Below, in pieces: positions 9,966 to 24,958 of a stretch of DNA of 64,000 nt (within the stretch, counting starts at the first letter, position 1; every line of letters starts with the position of its first letter). The notes under the pieces were generated by a model. It was given only the letters and a program-made list of their open reading frames with translations. It did not search any database and was not told the origin of the DNA. The translations under genes were made by a program, and so were the position numbers. This stretch comes from the human T2T-CHM13v2.0 reference genome, Homo sapiens, in NCBI RefSeq assembly GCF_009914755.1, contig NC_060926.1. One strand, written 5' to 3'.

Positions 9966-12854
9966 TTTAATGAAGCTTTTCATATGCTAGTGTTTATCCT
10001 TACGTGGAGATGTCTATTAGTGGGAATTGCAATTGGTTCTAGTGAGATTGTATGACTTTCTAATGAAAGTTTTACTTCCAAACAAAGAAGAGGAGAAAAT
10101 TTTACACTTAAAACTTTTTTATTTTGATGGATTAAAGGTTGTTTTGCCTAGACGGTGAGGGGGGAGAATGAGATTGGGGGCTGTTTAGAGCCAGAGGCGG
10201 TATCATAATGCATTACTTAATTGTTATGGCAAATGAGATCTCTTTCATTGCCTTCCCCGAGTGGGACCCCCAGCACTCCTTGTGCTGACTCCCATTGCGC
10301 TCTCTGGAATTGAAGGAGGGCTGACCTTTGCCCCTCAAAACTGCCCTTAGGACCAGTCCTCACATCAAGTTCCTGAGCTACAAGATTGGAGTTCCAGTGT
10401 CCTGAGGAAAACATAGACCTGGTCAGAAAATGAGTTTCAGATCTCTGCTTATTTGTGCCAGTCTGGAGTGAACTAGGGTAATGCCCTGTTTCTCTCATTG
10501 GCAACACTGCCCTCATTTGGGGTCTTTTATGGCAATTCCCTTTTGGATTTCAAGATTTACATTTTAACATGGGTTTTTCAGCCAGGGCTGGTCTGTAGGT
10601 GACAATCTCCACCTTTAGGATATATCTAGGAACCTCCTTCAATAGATGGGTGTAATGCTATAATGGGAAGTCCTCTAAGGGTGGAATCCTCACCTGGAGG
10701 GAGTGCTGTAATGAATAATGCCTGCTGTGGCACAGGGGGAAAGAACAGGTATTCATCATCTCTGTTCTAGGCCTACTAAAAAGCATGACTACAATTGCAG
10801 TTGCAGGCACTGTTAAAAGCAAATTGAGGAATTCTGAGAACTAGAGAATAAGCTATTGTGGTAGTCCTCAAATGATACCACACAACCACCATTACAGTAT
10901 TATATCTAAGTTGTGTATAACACCAGCAGCAGCACTAAGCTTTTTTGTAGTTAGTTCAGAAAGCCTTGATTTCATATAACTGGACCCCATCACCCAGTAA
11001 TTGGGAAAGAGATCTAAGTCCCTGCAACCACTAAGGAACAGCACAGGGCTCAAAGAGAGGCAGTTTATAGTGATATGTAAGAGATCTAGAAGGAAATATT
11101 AAAAACCAGTAGTAAGTCTGAGATTTTGCTCTAGTTATCTGTAGTTAGCACTTGGGAGAAATTTGGGTTAGAAAGAACATTCCTGGGGACACATGTTTAT
11201 GGTAACCTAAGTCAAGTGCATAAGTCTTAAGCTTATGCACATGTCCTAACTTACAAGCCCCTTAAGGGCTGCGACCGTGTGTTACCTTTGTTCCGGTTCC
11301 CAACCAGGGCCTCTGTGGGTAGTCAATAGACATTTGAATGGTAAGCTCTTGTCAGTGAATGCCATGGCTTTTAAAGTTTGAATTAATAGCTTGGTTCAGG
11401 CATTTTTTCCACACACAGTTCAGAAATATACTATGGAAAGATTGTTGCTCCCAGGTCAGCCTTTTTAGTCACATCAAAAAATAGTATAGCACCAAGATTT
11501 TAAATGTGAAGTCCCTCATCAGAAATTTCTGGAAAGTAATGTATCCCTTGCTGGAAAGTTGTGTTAAATGAGAATTCAGTTTTGGCACTTTGCTGAAACA
11601 TGATGTTAGTTTCCTTTTCTCCTTTCAAACATGACAACTTATGAAAAAATATAGCATAATCTACAAGACAAGAATAAGATAATAAAATTCAAAATGGCTT
11701 GAAGTTTATTAAGGTTGATTACTCTTGCCTAAAATATACTTTTGTTGTTTGTCTGTTTTAAAGTAGTTCAAATGAAGCTAATAATCTAAACTTTTTCAAT
11801 TCATTTTGGCACAAATAGAGATAGTTTGCTTGTTATATCCTTACTCTCTGGGATCCTATTTTCTAGTTTAGTTTGACTCTGGAAAAAGCTTTATGGTCTA
11901 ATCTAATGTGCCTTTTGAGAACTAATAGGAAACGTGGATTTCAGAGAAGAATTCTGTGAACATTTTGACCATTAGTTCTGTATTACTCTTAAAAAGACAC
12001 CAGTATGTATGCAAATCTTTAAGATAATTAAAATGTTGACCATTTCCTAACATTTGTAGGATTGACAGAAAATTATACTGATAATAAAAAAATATGGTTC
12101 TTTTTGCTTTTATGTCATAGACAATATGCTTCTTTATTTACAGCTAGGAAAATACAACATAAGCTGAATGGCGAAATTTCTATAGATATTCAGCCTCTGA
12201 AAGAACATCTTTAGCTCTTAGAGCTATCATATAGGACTAATTTTTATGGAGCTAGCTCCTGATTTTGCATATGCACCAAACACCAAGAAGTGAATTATTG
12301 AGAAATATAGATAAGGAAGTTTATTCAGCTTTAATGAAGCTAGTTGCCCTATACTTAGTTTTCTCAATAGTAGTTTTATTATGGGGGGAAAAGGCCAAAG
12401 TAAATTTATAAATCAAACCATAAAGTCTACTGTGATGATATTGCTACTTCATATATAGAGTAGTAAATACTAAAGATTTTTAAATTTCATTAAACCATTA
12501 TTCCTTGGATTTTTCTCTAATCCCTAGCATTTATTTCAACTCTGAAATTTTGGCAGTTTTGAAACTTAGTTGAGAGGTCTTTATTTTTGTTTGAAAATAT
12601 TTTGTTTTTGGACAAGCCTCTGGCAACATCTGAGGCCAGAATGGGAATATGGCAGAAATAAATTGACTTAACGTATAAAAATCTTAAAAGACTTAATACA
12701 TTTTTCAACTTACAGTATCTTAAGGAAGTATTTCCTTCAAGTTGTAGAAATGTCTAGTTTGAAATTAGATTTAAAAAATTTTAATACTTATGATAAATGT
12801 GAAACACATAATTTAATGCTGAATTGATATTCTGTTAGAATAGCTGAAGACCAC

Positions 12855-15263
<2,409 letters not shown>

Positions 15264-15879
15264 TGTAGTCAGAATGCCTTTAAAGCACATGCAATTTCTG
15301 TCATGTTATGAAGCTTCTCAAAGTCATCTCATTACTTAAGTCACAGTGGAGGGATTGGAGCCAGCTGAAGCCAGAGTTGTGAAGTTCTGCTTAGAACTTC
15401 TATATTTGGTTCTCCATTTACTTTCTTGATGGCAGTACACCCACACTCTTTATAGGCATATAATGCTCATATATAGCCCTCTATATAAAAATCTGTTTGC
15501 AGATAAGAGACAGCCATACTTTTATTTAAACAAACTGGTGATTCATTGTATGCCTTTGACAGATATTATAAAACAAGTTTTCTTTGCTGCTATTGGTGAT
15601 CATAGAAGGCAGATATCTAAACATATAAGACCTTACACTTTGCATCAATCTGATAGCTGCTTTCATAATATTGTAATGAATTGATGAACCAAAGAAAGAC
15701 CTTGTGCATTATCTAGTTCAGTTCCTTTATGGGGGTGAAAGTGGTGGGCAGTTGGTGAGTGGGGGTGTAGAGGACCCTAAGACCCCAGAACAATGCACTT
15801 TTCCCAGCCTCAGAGGTGTAGTGGCAGTGAAGGATTGGAATCCAGGCTACCTAAAAATACTAGTCCAGAATTCAGCCTT

Positions 15880-16085
15880 GTGATAAGTAGCGTAACATGT
15901 ATTTAAATGTACAGGCTCTGGAGGTAGACCTTCTAGATTTAATTTTGGTTCCATCCAGCCCTTGCCATTTATTTAACCTGTGCCTCAGTACGAGCGTCTA
16001 TCTCACAGTCTTGGTGAGAATACATGAGCTAAATGAAGCTTAAGATAGCCTGGCATAGTGAGAACTCTATAGATGTTAATGACAC
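15880..16085 (+). mobile_element. MIR SINE
   Basis: CAGGCTCTGGAGGTAGACC, TTATTTAACCTGTGCCTCAGT, GCCTGGCATAGTGAGAACTC. Confidence 0.7.
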
Positions 16086-18291
16086 CATGTTGCCTTAAGA
16101 AGGCTGGTCTGCTTTGCTATTTGACCTATATTTAGAATCATTTAAGCTGTTGGTAGTTCCATCTCATGCTATAGTGTTATGTATTCTACTTTTTCAGGCC
16201 ATTAGAGAGGTTATTCTCATTGGCTTATGACTCGACCCATGAATAAAATGCCATTAGGGCTGCCATAAAAAGTATTGGGCTATATATCTTTGGTAGTTGT
16301 GTGTAGTAAACTGAGGTTCCTATAATCCAGTGCTTTAAGCATGGAGTAGGGAATTCTTTGCAAGGATTCCTGCTGCCTGTTTCTGGGGAAACAACCATTT
16401 TGTCTACTTGATATTTCCCAAATGGACTCTATTAGCATGTTGAGGTAACACTTTATTCTTTTTTTACACTTAATTGCTACTGCTGTTGAAGCAGCAACAT
16501 GCTCCCTAACCTCCTTCTAGCATGAAGACAGCTTTATGCTGGGGCCAGAACTACGTATTTGTTTTTTCTGTTCTGGTTGGTAACATTCCATCTCTAGTGC
16601 TGGGTTAACCCATGAACATTTGATTTTAGGAATTATTCGTGTTTCCAGAAATGTAAGACTGACTTTTTTCAATAGCTCTGAGTTATAGTTGAACATGGAG
16701 GCTAAATTATTTTGATCTTGACATCATTAAAAGGTGTTCCTCACTACCTCAGTGAATTACATTAGTCTGTGACAGTGAATTTTTTTAGAGAAATACCATC
16801 CCCTTGTGGTATAATGTGGTACACCATTGGATGAGGATAATTTAAGAAATAAAACGTTTGTAAATTCTCAATTCTCTGTAAGTATAGCAAATCCCTCTTA
16901 ATAAGAACATTAAATAATGTATACTGTGTGCAGTACTTTTTTCACATTTCTGTTATTAACAAGTAATAACAGAAAAAAGACGAGTGTCCATTCCCCAGCA
17001 TCCTCCTAAAAGCTAAATCTTTATAATATTTAATATTTATAATTTAATACTTAATATTTAACTTTTGCCAACTGGTGAAAATTTTTATGTCAGTTTTATG
17101 TTTTCCTGATTAGTTGTGAAGTTGAGAATCTTAACATCTATTTACCATTTATTTTCTCCTCTGAAAATTGCTTGTTCACTGCTTTTGTTTTATCTATTGA
17201 GTTTGTTCTTGTCTTTTTCTTGTTGGTCTGTAAGAGTAGTTCTTATATTTAGGGTTTTAACTTTTGTATTTTATGTATTGTAAATCGTTCTTTTCTTTGT
17301 TTACTTGTTTTAATGTTTGTGAGATCCTTTTTTGGACAAAAGTTAAATATTTTTTATATTCAAATATGTTAATCTTTCTCCTTACAAAAGCTGTGTTTTC
17401 ATATTCCCTAGGAAGCTCTTCCCCATTCCATGTTTATAAAATTTTCATCCAATGTGTTTTATGGTTTATGGTTTCTTTTGCTTTTCTTCCCAAATGAATG
17501 GCTAATGGTCTAAATAATGTTTATTCAGTAGCTTACCTTTTCCACACTGATTTGAAAATGTTACTAGTATCTCAAGATCTAAATTACCCTATAATAGTTT
17601 TTAGATATGCTTTTTATATCTTGTGGGCAAGTTTGTATTCTTTGTTCCTTTTAAAGTATTTTGGCCACCCAAGTACTTCTTCTTTCTATATAAATTTTAG
17701 ATTCAGATTATTTGGTTTTAAAACATCCTGTTAAAATCTTATTCATACTGTCTCAATTGTTAATTTGGCAAGAGTACATATTTAAACCATTGAGTCTTCT
17801 TATCTAGAAATTTGGTATATATCTTTCCATTTATGTTCTTGGTACAATTGAATATCTACTGTAAAAACATTGGTTGTCTACCCCATGCTAAAAAATAAAT
17901 TTCAGATGTAATAGAGAGGTAAATATAAGAGTCGTATGACCTGTCTTCACACCTTTTATTAGAATCTTTCTTAGATAACTTATTTTTATTCTATTATCTA
18001 TTATCTATTCTAAAATAGTGGCACCTATTTTGTTATTTTATAATTGACCATTGCTAATATGTTAGAGATCTATTGATCTTTAACATTTTAATCTTTATTG
18101 GTTCCCTACAGAACTTTCTTCTTAGTTTTTATTATTTCTTGGCTGATTGTCTAAAATTAATTCTTCCATAAATAATGGTATTTGCCTCTTTGCAATGTTT
18201 TTTTTTCTCTTGCCTCATTACACTGGGGACTTCTAATATAGTTTGTAAAGCAGTGTTGCTAGAAATGTTCCTGATAGTTATTAAATTTCAA

Positions 18292-18540
18292 GAGGTGGGT
18301 GGATCACCTGAGGTCAGGAGTTTGAGACCAGCCTGGCCAACGTGGTTGAAACCCTGTCTCTACTAAAAATACAAAAAATTAGCCGGGCGAGGTGGCGGGT
18401 GTCTGTAATCCTAGCTACCCGGGAGGCTGAGGCAGGAGAATCACTCGAATCTGGGGGTCGGAGGTTGCAGTGAGCCAAAATCACATCACTGTACTCCAGC
18501 CTGGGTGACAGAGCAAGACTCCATCTCAAAACTAAAAAAT
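18292..18540 (+). mobile_element. AluS (AluSx-like), lacking the first ~45 nt
   Basis: Starts at GAGGTGGGTGGATCACCTGAGGTCAGGAGTT; right arm complete; short A tail. Confidence 0.9.
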
Positions 18541-18591
18541 ACTCCATCTTGTTTAGGGCTTTTAATTTATATTTTACCAAATTTTATACTA

Positions 18592-18870
18592 TTTTTTTGA
18601 GTCAGTGTCTTGCTTTTTTGCCCAGGCTGCTAGAGTACAGTGGCACAATCACAGCTCACTGAGGCCTTGATCTCTTGGGCTCAAGTGATCTTCCTGCCTC
18701 AGCCTCCTAAGTAGCTGGAACAACACACACACACCATCATGGGTTCTTAAATTTTTTTTTTTTTTTTAAGAAATGGGGTCTTGCTTTGTTGCCCAGGCTG
18801 GTTTCAAACTCTTGGCCTCAAGCAAACCTCCTGCTTCAGCCTGCCTAAGTGCTGGCATTACGGATGTGAG
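18592..18870 (-). mobile_element. AluJ element
   Basis: J-diagnostic CTTGGGCTCAAGTGATCTTCCTGCCTCAGCC and GGCCTCAAGCAAACCTCC. Confidence 0.9.
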
Positions 18871-19754
18871 TGTATTTTACTAAGAAAATTTTTAACAAAT
18901 TTTATTAAGCTTTTTCTTGACATATATGATTCCATTTTTTTGATGCTTTAGTATGATATAATTAAGTACATTAATAGTTTGGCTACCTTGAACCACCCTA
19001 GCGTTTCTCGGATAAAACCCAAATGGTCAAGATAGATTTTTAAAAATCTGCACTTTGGATTTGATTTACCAATAATTTGATTATCAATTTTGTACCTATG
19101 TCCTTAAGTTAGCCGCCTTGTTTTGAGCTATCTTTGGGCTTCACCATAAGGATTGTGAAATACCTTAAAGAATGCTTTAAAAAGGTTTCTATTTTATACT
19201 CAGAAAAAGTAAGTTTATCTACATAGAAATTGTTTCTTGAAAATTCTTAAAACTATCGGAGCTTTTTTCCTTCATTTGAACATTTTGCAGTTTTTCTGAT
19301 TATTGACATATTCAGAATTTTTTCATTGGATTGGCATAATTTTGACAACACATGTTCGTACAGAATTTTTTTCAAGTTAAAATGATCAAATTTAACTGGT
19401 GGTACATCATATTTTACTACTATTACAAATATATTATGTCTGCAGTTTTATTTTCTTTTGTATTCTTAATATTATGTAGTAATGTTTTTATTCTTTTTAT
19501 TTTGATCCCACAGGTAAGGATTATTTTATCCAGCTTTTTAAAATGTGGCTTTTGGCTATATTGATGTCATTATGTCTATTTCTACTTTTATTAATTTCTT
19601 TACTTTTTTAGAACTTGTTTTGTTATTAATTAGCTTTTTAAGAATTTTATTTTTCATTTTGATTTGCAACAAGTACAACTGAAGCTATCGTCCACAGATT
19701 ATTGCTTTGACTTACATCCCACAAGTTTTGATATGCAATGCTCTCATTTTGCAT

Positions 19755-19882
19755 TTTTCTTTCCTTCCTCTCTCTCCCTCTCCCCTCCTTTTTCCCTTTC
19801 TTCCTTTCATCCATCTTTCTATCCTCTTTCCCTTCATTCCTTTCCCTTTCCTTCCTCCCCTCTTCCCTTCTTTTCTTCCTTA
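19755..19882. repeat. CT-rich low-complexity polypyrimidine tract
   Basis: ~125 nt almost entirely C/T. Confidence 0.9.
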
Positions 19883-19889
19883 TATTTTT

Positions 19890-20248
19890 AGAGTGAAGGA
19901 GGCTTATTAGGGAGTGTCCTTGGGATCAACATGTGCAGAAGGGAAGGAAGGGAAGCAGAAAAGGGTAGAGGGAGAAGTTAAGCTGCAACACAGGGCCCTA
20001 GCTGTACCCCCGGGGAGCAAAAATGGTCTGCTAGAGTTGTCCCAAGTTTGGACAAAATGACTGGGCTATTATATTCCTGCCTTGATCAATCATCAGGTGT
20101 GGGCTGTTCTTTGACCTTGAGCAAAGTTCTTTGCTTAACCTGAGGCGCTCTGTGAAGGGGCTGGTAGATTAAAGCTGTTCGCTGACAGCTATCCAGTAAC
20201 CAGCGCTTCCTTGAAAGAGACTGAGAGTGCATCACCATGTCTACCACA
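19890..20248 (-). mobile_element. ERVL LTR (LTR40-like)
   Basis: TTATTAGGGAGTGTCCTTGGGATCAACA...GAGGGAGAAGTTAAGCTGCAA; ends CATGTCTACCACA. Confidence 0.7.
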
Positions 20249-20774
20249 GTTTAAAACATGCTTAGCATTTGTTTTGCTTACCATTTCTTCCGATGAGACT
20301 CCTTCTTGAAGTGCGTCAATTAGAATTTCCTTCAGTAAAGGTACATTTAATCAAATATGTTTTATATCACCCTCATTCTTAAAAGGTAGTTTGGCTGGGT
20401 ACAAAAGTCTGGCTAGGTTTTTTGTGTTTTCTCTTCTCACTTTGAAGATACGATTTCATTATCTTCTTACTTACACTGCTACTATTTAGAAATTCTGGTC
20501 TGTGTCATTTCTTTTTAGCTAACCTATTTTTTTCTGGTTGCTTTTTCGTCTTTGGTATTTTACTGTTTCACTCTAATGTGTAAAAAAAAAAAAAAAAATT
20601 AACATTTCCTCTTACCTGATCACATTTGTCCCTCCTGCATCTGTATTTTCCTCATTAAAACAATTTCCAGGCATATGTACACCTTTTCATTTTATTACCT
20701 ATGTCTTTCTATTTCTTTGCTGTCTCTATGGCTCTTTCTCTCTGTGTGTTTATCTCTTAGTAACTTTAAATTTA

Positions 20775-22592
20775 TGTATTTGTTTTTAAACTTTAGATTC
20801 AGGAGTACATGTGAAGGTTTGTTACATATGTAGACTTGTTACTGGGGTTTGTTGTACAGATTATTTCATCACCCAGGCATTAAGCCCATTACATACCCAA
20901 TAGTTATCTTTCAGCTCTTCTCCCTCCTCCCACCCTCAACCCTCCAGCAGACGCCTGTGTCTGTTGCTTCCTTCTTTGAGTTAATAATTCTCATCATTTA
21001 GCTCCCACTTACAAGTGAAAGCATGCAGTATTTTTTTCTGTTCGTGTTAGTTTGCTAAAGGTAATGGCCTCCAGCTCCATCCATCTTCCCCCAAAAGACA
21101 TGATCTTACTTTTTATGGCTGCATAGTATTCCATGATTTATATATACCACATTTTCTTTTTCCAATCTGTTATTGATGGGCATTTAGGTTGATTCAACAT
21201 CTTTGCTATTGTGAGTAGTGCTGTAATGAACATTTACATGCATATGTCTTTATGGTAGAATGATTTATATTCCTCTGGGTATAAACCCAGTAATGGGATG
21301 GCTGGGTTGAATGGTAGTTCTGCTTTTAGCTTTTTGAGGAATTGCCATACTGCTTTCCAAGATGGCTGAACTAATTTACACTCCCATCGATAGCATATAA
21401 GTGTTCCCTTTTCTCTGCAATCTTGCCAGCATCTGTTTTTTTGCTTTTTAGTAATAGCTATTTTGACTGGTGTGAAATGGTGTCTTATTGTGGTTTTGAT
21501 TTGCAATTCTCTAATAATCACTGATATTAAGCTTTTGTTCATATGCTTGTCAGCCACACATATGTCTTCTTTTGAAGGGTGTCTGTTCGTGTCTTTTGCC
21601 CATTTTTTTAATGGTCTTGTTTTTTTCTCTTGTGAATTTCAGTTTCTTAAAAGATGTTGGATATTATTTTGTCAGATGCATAGTTTACAAATATTTTCTC
21701 CCATTCTTATAGGCTGTCTGTTTACTCTGAGTTTCTTTTGCTGTGCAGAAACTCTTAAGTTTAATTAGATCTCATTTGTCAATTTTTGCTTTTGTCATGA
21801 TTGCTTTTGGTATTTTTGTCATAAAATCTTTGTCCATTTCTATGTGCAGGATCGTTTTGGCTAGGTTGTGCCTTCCAGGATTTGTATAGTTTTGAGTTTT
21901 ACATATAAGTCTTTAATCCATCTTGAGTTGACTTTTATATATGGTGTAAGGAAGGCATTCAGCTTCAATCTTCTGTATATGGCTAGCCAGTTATCCCAGC
22001 ACCGTTTATTGAATAGACAGTCTTTTTCCCATTGCTTATTTTTGTCAGCTTTGTCAAAGATCAGGTAGTTGTAGATTGTGTAGCCTTATTTCTGGGCTTT
22101 CTATTCTATTCCATTGGTCTATGTGCCTGTTTTTTCTTTTGCTTGTTTTTGTTTTTCACCACTACCTTGCTGTTTTGGTTACTGTAGCCCTGTAGTATAG
22201 TTTGAAGTCAGGTAATGTGAGGCTCCCAGCTTTATTCCTTTTGCTTAGGATTGCTTTGGCTATTTGGACTCTTTTTTGGTTTCTATATTAATTTTGAAAT
22301 GGTTTTTTCTAGTTCTCTGAAGACTGTCATTGGTAGTTTGATAGGAATAGCACTGATTTGGTAAATTGTTTTGGGCAGTATGGCCATCTTAATGACATTA
22401 ATTCTTCGTATCCATGAGCATCAAATATTTTTCCATTTGTTTGTGTCTCCTCTGATTTCATTGAGCAGTGTTTTGAAATTCTCATTGTAGAGATCTTTCA
22501 CCTCCCTGGGAAGCTGAATTCTTATGTATTTTATTCCTTTTGTGGCGGATGGGATTGCCTTTCTGATTTGGCTTTCAGCTTGGCTGTTGGTA
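20775..22592 (-). mobile_element. 5'-truncated L1PA (L1PA13-15-like)
   Basis: Antisense 3' UTR GTACATGTGAAGGTTTGTTACAT; ORF2 C-terminal peptide IIRELQIKTTIRHHFTPVKIA...CWQDCREKGTL (ORF 21234-21557). Confidence 0.9.
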
Positions 22593-22764
22593 TACCTTAA
22601 ATTTTGATGTAGCTCAAATCTCTACAAAAAATTGCAAATAGTAAAATTTGTTCTTCTCTACTCTTTACCAGGCTTCAATAATTGCTTATAAATTTTTACT
22701 CATTTGCATTATCATGAGTACTTTTTTGTCTTTATTTTTATGTATATGTGTGTACATATGTGTC

Positions 22765-23015
22765 TGTATTTCAGTTACTATACATACGTTTTCCCAAAGT
22801 TTAGTGACATTAAAAATCATTTGTTATACGGATTCTATGGGTCAGAAATTTGTGTAGAGCAAGAGGACATCTGTCTGCCCTATGACGTCTGCAAGACTCA
22901 AAAGTTTGATGCTACAATTCTCTGCAGGTTTGCTTACTCATATGCCTGCCAGTTGATGTTGACTGAAGGCTAGTGACTACTCAGTTTCTGTCCATGTGGG
23001 ACTTCCCATGTCATT
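22765..23015 (-). mobile_element. MLT1G/H-like LTR fragment
   Basis: GGATTCTATGGGTCAGAAATTTG, TTACTCATATGCCTGCCAGTTGATGTTGACTG. Confidence 0.6.
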
Positions 23016-23353
23016 CTCTCTTTATCTAAGGAATGAGTATATTCAACTTGGATTTATTTCTATTATGTTTTTCCATTTTCTTCTTCCTAAATTTCCTTCT
23101 TATTTGCTTGCCTTTTGTGGATTGATTGTGTTTTAATTACATCTGTTAGAAAAACTTCCTCTGGCTGTTTGAAAGTTACATGCTCCATTTTTCTTTTAGA
23201 GGTCACCCTAAAGTTTTTTGAATACACATAAGATCAGTGCATAAGCTCATGATTCTCTAACGTGGTCTAAAGTTAATCTAAAGAAGAGCATGTGCACTTT
23301 TTCTGTCCTCTTTCATCTCCTGCTTCCTATTGCTGTTAAGATCATCTACAATT

Positions 23354-23693
<340 letters not shown>

Positions 23694-24544
23694 TTAAGGT
23701 TTGTTTTGTCTAGGTTAAGTACGTAGATTCTGAGCAATTTTAGAAGGATTGATAAAATAGCCTAAAACCCAAAGAGTTCTCAGAAGTCATTTCTGAGCCT
23801 GGGGTGCCCTAGTAAATGGGTGCCTTCCATGGGTAGACAGACAGGCTGAGGGGTAAAGCAGGAACTTTGACTTTTCAGTTGCCAGAGTCAGTTTCATTGC
23901 TGCAGCCTTCTATTTTCCTGTCAAATATCTCTGGAGACAACAGTCTCTTCAGTAGTGTGTACAATCTTCCAATTGCCTTTGTAAAAACCAGTAACCCTTA
24001 TGTCACTATAGTCTCTGTTAGGTTTGGTTTATTTCATAGATTTCATGTTTTAGAGAAACATTTGTAAACCTTTGATTTAAGGGAGAAACTATACCACAGA
24101 TGGAAAATAAGTTATTTTAGTCACATGGTGATAGAAGCTCAGTTCACTGACTTCTGTGTCCTCAATGTTAAGAAAATTTCTTAAAATTTATCCATGTTAG
24201 TTTTCTTATAGGTAACAGAGGAAATAAAACACCCTACCTCTGATGATTGTTACATAGAAATAATGTTAAGCATAGAGCATGGAATAGAGTAGATGCTCAA
24301 TAAGTGGTTGTTGTTTTCACTCTATCTCTTATTCTAGTATTTTTTTTCTCATGAAGCTTTTAGGATTATTTATGGTCCACACTTTAATAATTGCTTGAGA
24401 GTCAATCTGTTGAGAGAACGTTGGCCTGGGATACGTGTGTATATAGATAATTCTTCAACCCTTGATCTAGAGAAGAGCTGTTCTTCTATAGTCTAATAAT
24501 ATAAAAATTATAGAATCATAGAAGAGACCATGAATTTAGGAGAG

Positions 24545-24958
24545 TGAAAGCCCATATTAGAGATTTAGCTTCTCTTAAATTTTCCAATATTCAGTAATTT
24601 TAATGTCATCTTAATGGTTTTTGGCATCTACACCTAATAGTTACATTATTGTGCAATATTTCTTTAAACTGACCTTAACTTATTTTGTTACTTTGCCTTA
24701 ATAATACTCCTAAAATTATAGGTATGGCATACCTGATAAATATAAATATTTGTGTATGTATGTAAACGTACTTATATTTATATATTAACATTTCTGATTA
24801 TATATCTTTATATTAGCTATAATACTTTTTATTTTACTGGTTATAAATTAAAAGTATAGAACTTATAACCAGTAAAATAAAAACTTTTCATTTGTGTATC
24901 ACCTAAAATGATATTACAGCATAGTTATGAGTGCTATTCTTATTTTGGGAGGCTACAT
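24545..24958. mobile_element. Degraded hAT-Charlie-type non-autonomous DNA transposon
   Basis: TGTGTATCACCTAAAATGATATTACAG...TTTTGGGAGGCTAC resembles a Charlie MITE end. Confidence 0.4.

Larger units (their letters stand above)
16980..20760 (-). mobile_element. Highly degraded L1M/L1ME fragments (host to Alus and LTR40)
   Basis: T-rich antisense ORF2-like text, e.g. TTCCTGATTAGTTGTGAAGTTGAG, CCATTGAGTCTTCTTATCTAGAA, TAGTTTGGCTGGGTACAAAAGTCT. Confidence 0.65.

Noticed and set aside
16504-16562. CTAAC..CTTCTAG acceptor with a 34-nt exon candidate
   Set aside because: Branch point too close to the AG, weak donor, no coding signal
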